The notes beneath the pieces were generated by a model that searched no databases, was not told the origin of the DNA, and was given only the letters and a program-made list of their open reading frames with translations. A program made the translations under genes and the position numbers. Shown here in pieces: positions 33,464-42,362 of a stretch of DNA of 64,000 nucleotides. This DNA is from an uncultured Acidobacteriota bacterium. Its GTDB lineage: Bacteria > Acidobacteriota > UBA6911. Location of the stretch: the NCBI GenBank assembly GCA_963843575.1, contig CAWJKZ010000004.1, positions 1-64,000 on the forward strand, given 5' to 3'. The number at the start of each line of letters is the position of its first letter. The first letter of the stretch is position 1.

Positions 33464-34135
33464 CTAGGCGGCGACCGCCGAGGTCTTGCCGCCGGCGCAG
33501 AAGCGCAACACGTGTTGGGCCACCTCGCCGTAAACCCTGTCGACGGGTTGCGCCACGTCGACGCGCACGAAGTTGCGGCACCGCTGCGCCTCGCGCAGGA
33601 GGACGCGGCGGCGTCTCTCGAGCACTTCGGGCGTAAACTCCCCCTTCCGGGCGAAGAGAAGCTCGGCGGGCGCGTCCAGGAGGATCACCAGGTCCGGCCG
33701 CGGGAAGAAGCGTGCAATGAGCCAGCGGTGCAGCCGCCTGGGCAGGGGCTCCCGCGCGGATTCGTCGTCCGGGGCAGCGAAATCGAACACAAAGTGACGG
33801 TCGTAAAGGACAACGTAGCCTCGCCGTTCGTAGTACCAGGAAACCACCCCCCGGAACCACTCCTCGCCCAGCAGGTGAAACAACCTCAGGGTTCCACGGA
33901 GCGTGCCCGAACGCCTGCGCGGCTGCGACGGGGCGGCCGGGGCAGCCGCAACCTTCTGGGACGGCCGGCTGCGCCACCAGTGGAGCAGGCGCGTGGTCGG
34001 CAGGGCCACGTTGCTGGCCGAGAAATTGATGCCCATGTAGACGTATTTGAACGGGAGCAAACAGGACTGTTCCAGCATACGGCAGATAGTGGTCTTCCCG
34101 GCGCCGTCCGGGCCAATCAACGCGATCGAAGCCAT
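33464..34135 (-). CDS. Thymidylate-kinase-like P-loop kinase
   Basis: IALIGPDGAGKTT, VLYDRH, PRPDLVILLDAP...RKGE. Confidence 0.8.
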   Translation of the reverse strand: MASIALIGPDGAGKTTICRMLEQSCLLPFKYVYMGINFSASNVALPTTRLLHWWRSRPSQKVAAAPAAPSQPRRRSGTLRGTLRLFHLLGEEWFRGVVSWYYERRGYVVLYDRHFVFDFAAPDDESAREPLPRRLHRWLIARFFPRPDLVILLDAPAELLFARKGEFTPEVLERRRRVLLREAQRCRNFVRVDVAQPVDRVYGEVAQHVLRFCAGGKTSAVAA

Positions 34136-34185
34136 ATTTCCGACGCTCCCCGATGTTCACCTTCGTGCACGGCCGCGGACTCCGG

Positions 34186-35688
34186 CTACTCCAGGGTCCG
34201 CCGCCAGCGTGCCTCGACCCAATCCTGCTGTTCCTGGCGGATCACATACAGCGCAGCCGCCGACAGAGCCAGCAGGAACCAGTAGTACCTCTCGAATGCC
34301 AGGTGCAGAAAAACCCCGGTGCCCAGGTAGGCGATGATGGCGAAGCAGAAGGCAGTAGCCAGGCGAGCGAGCTGGGGCTGGGCCGCCGCGCAGCTGCGGC
34401 GCGCCCGCCACAGTTTCCTGAGCAGGACAATCGGCAGCGAGAGGAAGAGCGTCAGCCCCAGCAGACCGGTTTCGGCGGCCATCTCGAGGTACAGGTCGTG
34501 CCCTCGCCGGTGGGTCGCCACCTGCCGCAACTGCACATCCGGGTCGAGCTGATACTGCTGCGAATAAAATGGCATGTACTGTCCCGGGCCGACCCCGAGA
34601 AAGGGGTGATCGAGAAACACGTGCAACGAGGCGAGCATCTCGGTCGCGCGGCCCTTGAAAACGCGGTCGGTCTCGACGCTGGGGTCCTTGGTCACGAGCC
34701 CCTGGGCCCCAACCAGCGTTTGTATCCGCAGGTAGTAGCTGGGGGCGACAAACGGGACCGCGACGGCCAGGAGGACCACGACGGTTGCGACGTGCACCAG
34801 TCGGAGCGAGCCCACGGCCACGAGCAGGGCGACCAACAGGGCGAGGGTGACGAAGGCGCCCCGCGAATAGGAGAGCAGCACCCCGCACATCAGCATCGCG
34901 CAGGCGGCCAGGATAGCCATCTTGCGCAGGGGAGAGCGCTCGCTCCAGAACCGGTACGCGCCCAGGGGCAGGAGCACGAGCAGTATCTGGGCATATCGGT
35001 TGGGATCTCCGACCGGCCCGGCCGCGCGGTCCGAGAGGCGCACCCCGGACTTGGGCGCCGCCCCCGGCAGCACCGGCTTGTCCTCGTCCAGCCCGAGGTC
35101 GCGCTGGGCCAGCCCGCCAAACTGCCGGTCGTACGAGTGCGTGACAGCCTGGTACAGGCTCAGCCCTCCGAGGAGCGCGGCGGCCAGAAGAGCGGCCCCG
35201 ACGGCGGTCCTGAGCCCCGTGCGGCTCCGGACCGCGTTGATGACCAGGAAATAGAGCAGGAGTCCTTCCGCTGCAAAAGAAAGGACGTGTTTCGCGGCAA
35301 TCGCAAAGTCCTGGGCGGCAAACGAAGACAGGAGCTGGGCTACGAGAAACGACAGCATCAGCAGGAAGACGGAGTCCACCCTGAGGCCCTCGCGACGCGC
35401 GAGCCAGTAGTAGGCGACCTGAATGACCAGCGGCACGACCAGGCAGGCGGCGAGCAATTGCGGGTAGGGGAGCAGCCGCTGAAGGACGACGACGACGTTC
35501 GAGTAGAGCAGAAACACGGCGGTGAAGGTCGCCGCGTGCGGGCGGACCAGGATGATGCCGATCGCTGCGGCCGCCACGCCGGAAAGAAATATCATGGGCG
35601 CGCCCAGGATCGGAATCAGCAGAACCAGGGTGCCGAACAGCAGGGCGCACAGGAACCAGGGACGGGAAGCTTCTCTGAGGACCATCAT
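34186..35688 (-). CDS. O-antigen ligase / Wzy polymerase family protein
   Basis: Multi-TM with GDPNRYAQ, SYSRGA, HPFLGVG and GHDLYLEMAAETGLLG. Confidence 0.88.
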   Translation of the reverse strand: MMVLREASRPWFLCALLFGTLVLLIPILGAPMIFLSGVAAAAIGIILVRPHAATFTAVFLLYSNVVVVLQRLLPYPQLLAACLVVPLVIQVAYYWLARREGLRVDSVFLLMLSFLVAQLLSSFAAQDFAIAAKHVLSFAAEGLLLYFLVINAVRSRTGLRTAVGAALLAAALLGGLSLYQAVTHSYDRQFGGLAQRDLGLDEDKPVLPGAAPKSGVRLSDRAAGPVGDPNRYAQILLVLLPLGAYRFWSERSPLRKMAILAACAMLMCGVLLSYSRGAFVTLALLVALLVAVGSLRLVHVATVVVLLAVAVPFVAPSYYLRIQTLVGAQGLVTKDPSVETDRVFKGRATEMLASLHVFLDHPFLGVGPGQYMPFYSQQYQLDPDVQLRQVATHRRGHDLYLEMAAETGLLGLTLFLSLPIVLLRKLWRARRSCAAAQPQLARLATAFCFAIIAYLGTGVFLHLAFERYYWFLLALSAAALYVIRQEQQDWVEARWRRTLE

Positions 35689-37232
35689 GTGAGGATCGCT
35701 CGCATCCAGCGGAACCTGAGCACCTCGGGGAAGGTCTCCGCAAGTTTCAGTGTCCGCCTGCACCAGATGAACACGAAGCCGGACACCACCAGTGCCAGGG
35801 CAAGCAGGAGCCGGGTTTGCCCGGGGATGAAGAACTGCAGGACCAACAGCCCCAGGGCACCGAGCGAGATGCAGGCGTAGGTGCCGGAATACCGGCCGTC
35901 GAAGATGCTGACGCCGGTGGCCCGTCGCAGGCCCGCCTGCTTGAGCACGTTGTGGGCGATAAGCGCCGCCGAGGTGGCGATCGCGGCACCCAGTGCGCCA
36001 TAGAAGGGGATCAGGACCAGGCTCAACGCGATGTGCAGGAGCGCGGCCAGGACGCTGGTCGTGACGATGTACCGGACGCGGTTGAGCACCTTCAGGGTCA
36101 GACCGTTGAAGCCCAGTGCAGCGTTGACGTACTGGCCGAGCGAGAGCAAGGCGAGGTAGAGTCCGGCGTCTTTGTACTCCGGGCCGTAGAGAAACACCAC
36201 CAGGGGCTGCGCCGCGGAAAACGTGAGGGCGAACACCGGGAAGCTCAGGACAGCCAGCCAGACCGCGGTACGCCAGTAGAGGTCGTTGATCGCCGAGAAG
36301 TTCTCCTTGGCGAACAGCCGCGCCGCCGCCGGGGTGTACAGCAGGCCGAAGCTGCGCATCACCGCCACGTTCACCGCCGCGAGGGGCACGGCCACACGGA
36401 ACATCCCCACCGCGTCGAGGTTGTGGAAATAGCCCAGGAGCATCACGGCGAAGGCCGGCAGAAAATCCCCCAACAGATCGGTGGAGAGCACCGGGAGCGT
36501 GAAGGCGAAAACCTCCCGAACCGGGACGCTCACGCCCCGCAGCTTGAAGTGGGCGAACAGCCCCTGGGTTTGGAACAATCGGAAGGTGAGCAGAGCGTTG
36601 ATCAGCACGCCCAGCCCGCTTGCCGCCAGATAGCCGTAAGCGAGGAAGGTGATCCCGGCGCCGGACCAGACCAGGACCAGCACCGCAGCCACCTTAAGTG
36701 CCGGACCGAGGATGTACCGCCGAAAGAGGATGGTGCGCGACCGCCCGAAACAGGCAAACATGCCGACCAGCAGGCTGTCGATGGCCTCCATCGGCACGAG
36801 AAAAATGGCGATCAGGAGCAGCGCGACCGGCTGGCGTTCGTCGTTGATGAGCCGGGCGATCAGCTCCGGGAAAAGGTAGAACGCCCCGATGATGAGGGCG
36901 CTCAGGCATAGGATCGATCCGAGCATCAGCAGAGCCGTGCCGAACAGCCTGTCATACTCTTCGCGCTCGTGATAGATCGAGAAGAACCTCGTGGCGGCCT
37001 TGTCGAGCCCCATTGCGGCAATTGTCTGCAGGAAAGTCACGATCGAAAGCGCGTAGGCCCAGGCGCCGTAGTCTCCCTTGGACAGGTGGCGGACGATCAG
37101 GACCTGGATGAGGAGGTTGCCGCCAAGCGAGGCGATTCTCCCCAGCAGCAGCACCGTGGAGCCGCGTATCGGTTTTCGGGCGAAGTCGTGCTCCGACGGG
37201 CCGCTGGTCGTGGTCGGATCGGGTTGTGTCAT
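35685..37232 (-). CDS. wzx: Wzx-family flippase
   Basis: MOP-type multi-TM pattern: LSKGDYGAW, VGMFRVA, LIPFYGALGAAIAT. Confidence 0.88.
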   Translation of the reverse strand: MTQPDPTTTSGPSEHDFARKPIRGSTVLLLGRIASLGGNLLIQVLIVRHLSKGDYGAWAYALSIVTFLQTIAAMGLDKAATRFFSIYHEREEYDRLFGTALLMLGSILCLSALIIGAFYLFPELIARLINDERQPVALLLIAIFLVPMEAIDSLLVGMFACFGRSRTILFRRYILGPALKVAAVLVLVWSGAGITFLAYGYLAASGLGVLINALLTFRLFQTQGLFAHFKLRGVSVPVREVFAFTLPVLSTDLLGDFLPAFAVMLLGYFHNLDAVGMFRVAVPLAAVNVAVMRSFGLLYTPAAARLFAKENFSAINDLYWRTAVWLAVLSFPVFALTFSAAQPLVVFLYGPEYKDAGLYLALLSLGQYVNAALGFNGLTLKVLNRVRYIVTTSVLAALLHIALSLVLIPFYGALGAAIATSAALIAHNVLKQAGLRRATGVSIFDGRYSGTYACISLGALGLLVLQFFIPGQTRLLLALALVVSGFVFIWCRRTLKLAETFPEVLRFRWMRAILT

Positions 37233-39718
37233 GACCGGGACGCCTCGGCGCGCGGCGCAAAACCGCCCAGAACGGCATGCTGCCGGACGAGGACGCTTGC
37301 CGCGGGCGGCGGATCCCCGACTTGCTGCGACGCCGCACTCTCGCAGAAGGGGCTCATCCTTTCGTACAACTCGTCGAGCGAACAGGGGTAGGGGTGCCGG
37401 ACGATGTACGCGTCCTTGCCGGAGAGGGCCCGCCGGAGGAGCTGCCGCTGCAGATCGTAGGCGTGCTCGATGAAATCGTTGGCCCGGCTGGGGAAGGCGA
37501 ACCGGTACGCAAGATAGTTGGAGAAAAACGGGAGCTGCTCGTAGCGAATGGACTCACACATGTGCTCGGCAACCTGCATGGGGTCGGTCGGTTCCACCTC
37601 GATGCCCGGGCCGGCGTGACTCATCATGAAAAAGACCTTCCTGGGCACCATGGAGAACGGGCCCAGCGAATCTCCGAAGACGACCCGCGGATCGAACTGG
37701 GCGTTCAGCTGCCGCCGCAATGCGGGGACGGCTCCCCGGAGACGCCGCACGAAAGCAGAGCGCCGTGCCACCCGCTCGGGAAACAGCCCCTGGCAACGCT
37801 CGAACACCCGGACAGCCCGGAAAAAGAAGCGGTCTGCTGCGCGTACGTGCGTGCGCATGTTCGGAAGCTGCGCCAGGTGCCATTGCTGCAGACGGATGTG
37901 TTCGGGGATGCCAAAAGCGGAGCGGCCGTCGGCGGTGAGCAACACCCACTCGTCTCCGACATAGCGGGCCCCCCGTTGCGAGAAGGCAAGCAGTGCCTCG
38001 GTCTTGCCCCCCTTTGCCCAGCCGGTCACCACGACGCCCGTCCCCTTGTGCAGGAACGCCGACGCGTGAAGCGGGACGCACTCTTTCGCGAGCAGCGTCA
38101 TGTTGATGATAGCCAGCAGCAGCGGCACCGCGGATATCCCGGTCTGACAAACGATCTCGCATGAGCCGCCGATCTGCTGAAAATCGATCCGGACCCTGGC
38201 CGGCTGCTTGCGGCTCTGAAGGATGTAGAAGCCGTCCTCGGTGAAACCGCTCTTGCCCAGCTCCACGTGCCGCAGCTCGGGGACCGGCAGGTGATCCACG
38301 AATCGCACCGTTATGTCGGGGGGGCCGGAGAGCCGCCCCTGCAGCGGCCCGAGCTGCCGGCGCACGGCCGCCACGTCGCCCGGGGCCGGGTCCACGAGCC
38401 GCACGCCAACGAGGCCGTGGACGTCGAAGTCCACTGCCGGACGCGAGGCCGGCGTCGCTTGAGCATACGGCGCCTCGGCGAGCACGCCGGCCGCCGAGCC
38501 GGACGGCTTTGAGCCGCGGCCCTTCAGCAGAACGCCGGCGCCCTTCAGCAGGTCGGCAAAAAAGGGCGCGGGGTCCTTCCAGGAGAAAAGGGCCTCGACC
38601 TTGGGGCCGCGCAACGACCGCAGCCAATCCCGAAGCGTGAGGCGGCCCCGTCGCCACGAGGTCAACGCCGACTGGAAGTCGCGGCGCAGGTAGACCCACT
38701 TTACGCCGGTGTACCTCTGCTCGCGTCGTTCGGGGAGCGGCCATCCCAGGGCGTCGCAGTACTGGGTGTAGAGAAAATCCACTCCCGCCGCCTCGGCGGT
38801 CGCCGACCGGCCGGTGGGACGCCCTATGTTGGGTTCGATCAGGAAGTACTTGCCCAGGCGTGTGTCCAGCTTCATCTCCATGTATCCAAAACCACGGTGC
38901 CGCACGGCCTGAAAGAAGCGCACCGTCTCCTGGAGGACAAGATCGTTCCTGCACTCCTGGCCGAGACAGCCGGTCCCCGCCACCGGGGGCCACTCGCGCA
39001 GCTTGCGCGTGACGAACGTAACCAGCGGCTGCCCGTCGGCGCCGAAGTAGGCGTTGCAGGTGTAGTTGGGCGAATCGTCTCCGTGCACCCACTCCTGGAC
39101 CAGGAGCGCCTCGGCATACCCGGCACATCGGTCGTACAGGGCGCGCAGTTCCCCGGCGTCCCGCACCACGAAGGCCTTCGCCGACATGTGCCGTTCCCAC
39201 TCCGGAAGCTTCACCGACGGCTTCAGGACGGCGGGATAACTCAGCTGCCGCGCCGCTTCCCCGACGTCGTCGGCCGAACGCAGCAGAAACGTCGAGGGAA
39301 CCACGAATCCGTGCTTCCGGGCGAATCCGTAGAACCCTATCTTGTCGACCAGCATCTCGACGATATCCGCCGGCGGCAGGAGGATGTGGTACCACTGTTC
39401 CAGGTGACTGCGGCAGCGCGAGATTTCGAGGACGCTGAGATCGGTGCAAGGGTAAAGCACGGCCCGCGCGGGAAGGCGGGGGCCGAGCCTCCCCAGCGCG
39501 GCGGTCAACCCGGGTCCGCCCGTGTCGGCAAAGTGGATCTCCTGGCAACTCCTTGTACGGCAGCAGGGGTGGCGGCGGTTCTTGGCCACCCCGATGACCG
39601 GCACCGCGTGCCGATACGCCAGGATGTGCGCCGTCTGCAGGCCCGTCATGCAATCGAGACCGACGACGACTGCGGGCGGCCGCGTTCCCGCCCCGGGTGC
39701 CACTGGGGTCGTTTGCAA
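37229..39718 (-). CDS. Fusion of ATP-grasp carboxylate-amine ligase (D-aspartate-ligase-like) and HPr-kinase-like P-loop domain
   Basis: N-half: YPAVLKP, LVQEWVHG, GYMEMKLD, LIEPNIGR. C-half: LHASA...TGWAKGGKT...VGDEW. Confidence 0.8.
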   Translation of the reverse strand: MQTTPVAPGAGTRPPAVVVGLDCMTGLQTAHILAYRHAVPVIGVAKNRRHPCCRTRSCQEIHFADTGGPGLTAALGRLGPRLPARAVLYPCTDLSVLEISRCRSHLEQWYHILLPPADIVEMLVDKIGFYGFARKHGFVVPSTFLLRSADDVGEAARQLSYPAVLKPSVKLPEWERHMSAKAFVVRDAGELRALYDRCAGYAEALLVQEWVHGDDSPNYTCNAYFGADGQPLVTFVTRKLREWPPVAGTGCLGQECRNDLVLQETVRFFQAVRHRGFGYMEMKLDTRLGKYFLIEPNIGRPTGRSATAEAAGVDFLYTQYCDALGWPLPERREQRYTGVKWVYLRRDFQSALTSWRRGRLTLRDWLRSLRGPKVEALFSWKDPAPFFADLLKGAGVLLKGRGSKPSGSAAGVLAEAPYAQATPASRPAVDFDVHGLVGVRLVDPAPGDVAAVRRQLGPLQGRLSGPPDITVRFVDHLPVPELRHVELGKSGFTEDGFYILQSRKQPARVRIDFQQIGGSCEIVCQTGISAVPLLLAIINMTLLAKECVPLHASAFLHKGTGVVVTGWAKGGKTEALLAFSQRGARYVGDEWVLLTADGRSAFGIPEHIRLQQWHLAQLPNMRTHVRAADRFFFRAVRVFERCQGLFPERVARRSAFVRRLRGAVPALRRQLNAQFDPRVVFGDSLGPFSMVPRKVFFMMSHAGPGIEVEPTDPMQVAEHMCESIRYEQLPFFSNYLAYRFAFPSRANDFIEHAYDLQRQLLRRALSGKDAYIVRHPYPCSLDELYERMSPFCESAASQQVGDPPPAASVLVRQHAVLGGFAPRAEASRS

Positions 39719-40990
39719 TTACGTCTCCAGTATCTGCCGGCCAGCTTCCCGGCTCGAACTCGAACTCGTGTAGGACGAGGCCTGCATTCTGGCGGGGGCC
39801 GCGACCGGCTTGTCGCCGCCGCCCGCGGACGCGTGCCGTTGCGGCTCCCAGCGCTCCACGCGCCGGCCGCGCACGAACCGGACGAAAGCCACCAGCGAGG
39901 CCAGGTTTGCGAGACAGTAGAAAAACGGCACGTACAGGATCTTCGCGTGCCCCCGCGGGCTCTTTTTGGACAGAAAGCCAGCGCACGCGAAACCGTAAAA
40001 CAGCAGCTGTGCCGCGGCGGCGAGCGCATACAGCCCACGGGTCGCGCTCAGCAGGAGCGATGCGGCAAAGAGCGCCAGGAGCACCGGGGCCATGAGGCGG
40101 CGCAGCACCTTGTGCGTGAACAACACGAGGGCGTAGAAACCCGTCCGGAAGGGATTGAGCAGGCGCCGGCGCAACAGGACGCTTCGGAATCCGCGGGTCA
40201 TCAGCCGCACGCGCCTGGAAAACTCCCGGTGTGCCTCGTCCACCGTTCCTTCCCAGCCCCGCGCCTCGCTTTCAAAAACCAGCCGCCGCCCCCCTTCGAT
40301 GACCGCGGTCGAAATCGCAAAGTCGTCGGTCACGGCGGCATCGGTCACGGGGGGGAAGAACTCGCGCCGTATGGCGTACATGCCGCCGTGGGCGGATATG
40401 ACGCTCCCGGTGAGGCTCTCCATCTGCTTGAGCCACGTGTCGTAATTCCAGTAGAGGTTCTCCCCTTCGCTCGACGACTCGGCGCCCCGGCGCAGCGCGT
40501 AGGACGTGTGCCCCGCCACGCCGCCAACGTCCGGGTCGGCGAAGCTCCGCACCAGCGCCCGCAGCGCCTTGCGGTCATAGATCGTGTTCGCGTCGGAGAA
40601 CACGAGGATCTCGCCGGTGGCGTGGCGCACCGACTCGGCGAGCGCATGGATCTTTCCCCGGCGCGGCAGGGGCAACAGGCGCACGCCGCGTGAGGCGAAC
40701 CCTTCGACGATCCGCTCCGTGGCATCGGCAGAGCCGTCGGAGGCGACGATGATCTGCAGTTGTGCCCGCGGGTAATCCAGCTCCAGGGCGTTTTCGAGCC
40801 GCCCGGCGATCGCGTCCTCCTCGTTGTAAGCCGCGATGATCAGGGAGACCGGCGGCGTGACGTCCTGTTTGCGCACCTTCCGCGGGAACAGCCACCCCAC
40901 CAGCGCGACCAACAACGGGAACCCTGCGTAGACGTAGGCCAGCAACGCCAGGGAACCCCAGAAGGCGATGAGCGAAAGAGTCTCGAGCAT
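39719..40990 (-). CDS. Membrane GT2 glycosyltransferase
   Basis: [29 protein letters not shown]; N- and C-terminal TMs. Confidence 0.9.
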   Translation of the reverse strand: MLETLSLIAFWGSLALLAYVYAGFPLLVALVGWLFPRKVRKQDVTPPVSLIIAAYNEEDAIAGRLENALELDYPRAQLQIIVASDGSADATERIVEGFASRGVRLLPLPRRGKIHALAESVRHATGEILVFSDANTIYDRKALRALVRSFADPDVGGVAGHTSYALRRGAESSSEGENLYWNYDTWLKQMESLTGSVISAHGGMYAIRREFFPPVTDAAVTDDFAISTAVIEGGRRLVFESEARGWEGTVDEAHREFSRRVRLMTRGFRSVLLRRRLLNPFRTGFYALVLFTHKVLRRLMAPVLLALFAASLLLSATRGLYALAAAAQLLFYGFACAGFLSKKSPRGHAKILYVPFFYCLANLASLVAFVRFVRGRRVERWEPQRHASAGGGDKPVAAPARMQASSYTSSSSSREAGRQILET

Positions 40991-40992
40991 TT

Positions 40993-41772
40993 TCAGCTGG
41001 CCCCCCGTCCTTCCAGGACCGCGGCCGCCGTCCGGAACATAATCTGGAGATCGAGCCAGACGGACCGGTTCCGGACATACGCGATGTCGAGCCGCAGGCG
41101 GTCGTCGAAGTCGAGCGAGCTGCGCCCCGAGATTTGCCACAGGCCGGTGAGACCCGGTTTAACCTCGAGCCGGGCGGTGTGCCAGAGGCTGTACGTGCTG
41201 GCGCTGAACGAGGTGGGGCGCGGCCCCACCAGGCTCATGTCCCCACGAATCACGTTGAACAACTGCGGCAGCTCGTCGAGGCTCGTCTTCCGCAGAAACG
41301 CCCCCACGCGCGTGACCCTGGGGTCGTTGGTGATCTTGAAGTCGGGGTAGGTCAGCTCGTTCAGGTGCAGCAGCTGCGCCTTGAGCTCTTCGGCGTTGCG
41401 GACCATGGTGCGCAGCTTGTACATCTTGAAGCGGCGCCCCCCCTTCCCGGTTCTCAGCTGGTGAAACGTCAGCGGGCCGGGGGAATCGAGCCGGATGGCA
41501 AGGGCACATAGCGCGAGGACGACCAGGGCAAACGGCAGGAACGCGAGGCTGATCGTCAGGTCGATGATCCGCTTCGTGCGTTCGTAGCCGGGACCGGGCG
41601 TCGCGACGCGGCTGTCGGCTCGTTCATACCAGGGACCTGCCGAGAGCACGCCGGCCAGGAGTGAACTCCATTGTTCCGGCCAGGCCGCGGCGTCGGACGG
41701 GGCAGACGCGGGAGCCCCGAGCAGGCCGCCTCTGGTAAACGTACTTCGACTCGTCGAGGGTTGCGGTGTCAT
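40993..41772 (-). CDS. Priming sugar transferase (polyprenyl-P glycosylphosphotransferase catalytic domain)
   Basis: [51 protein letters not shown]. Confidence 0.93.
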   Translation of the reverse strand: MTPQPSTSRSTFTRGGLLGAPASAPSDAAAWPEQWSSLLAGVLSAGPWYERADSRVATPGPGYERTKRIIDLTISLAFLPFALVVLALCALAIRLDSPGPLTFHQLRTGKGGRRFKMYKLRTMVRNAEELKAQLLHLNELTYPDFKITNDPRVTRVGAFLRKTSLDELPQLFNVIRGDMSLVGPRPTSFSASTYSLWHTARLEVKPGLTGLWQISGRSSLDFDDRLRLDIAYVRNRSVWLDLQIMFRTAAAVLEGRGAS

Positions 41773-41791
41773 AGCTGCACTCCTAAGGGAA

Positions 41792-42334
41792 TCAGACCGA
41801 AGCGGCCATCTTCAGCGATCCGTGGCTGTTCACGACGGCTCGGGCGACTATCTCTTCGAGCGTCAGGCCATCGCCCGGGAACTCCGCAATGCCGACGGAC
41901 GTCGGCGTGGCGACCCGCGCGCGGAGCAGCTCGTTGAGGCGCCGGACGGCGCGTTCCGCCTGGGATTTCGTCAGCTCAGGCATCAGGATCACGTACCGCC
42001 CGGCGGCCGCGTCGTAGGCCACCAGGTCCGTCTCACGGATCCAGTCGGGGAGGATCGCCCCAAGCAGGAGCGATATCATATCGGGGTAACTCGGGTCGGC
42101 GTGTTCGCCCGAACTGCCGTTCGAGCCGTTTTTGCCGAGAACGCAGCGCAGAACCAGCACGCTCAGCGGCCTCTGGTATCGCCGGGCCCTCGTGACCTCA
42201 GCATCGAAATCGGGCAGCGCCTCCCGGTAAGAGGGTATGCGCGCCAACTTCGACAGCAGCGGGCCTTCCTTGAGGGTGGCCCCGGTCTTCCTGGAACGTC
42301 TCGAACGGGATTTAAACACCTGGGAAAATCTCAT
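41792..42334 (-). CDS. Degenerate GGDEF-domain protein with RxxD I-site
   Basis: EVTRARRYQRPLSVLVL...RETDLV...YVILMPE...SVGIAEFP.DG...ARA fold signature; the GGDEF motif itself is absent. ATG with GAGGAAGG RBS. Confidence 0.75.
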   Translation of the reverse strand: MRFSQVFKSRSRRSRKTGATLKEGPLLSKLARIPSYREALPDFDAEVTRARRYQRPLSVLVLRCVLGKNGSNGSSGEHADPSYPDMISLLLGAILPDWIRETDLVAYDAAAGRYVILMPELTKSQAERAVRRLNELLRARVATPTSVGIAEFPGDGLTLEEIVARAVVNSHGSLKMAASV

Positions 42335-42362
42335 GCCCTTCCTCGGGGGAAACACTCGTTAA

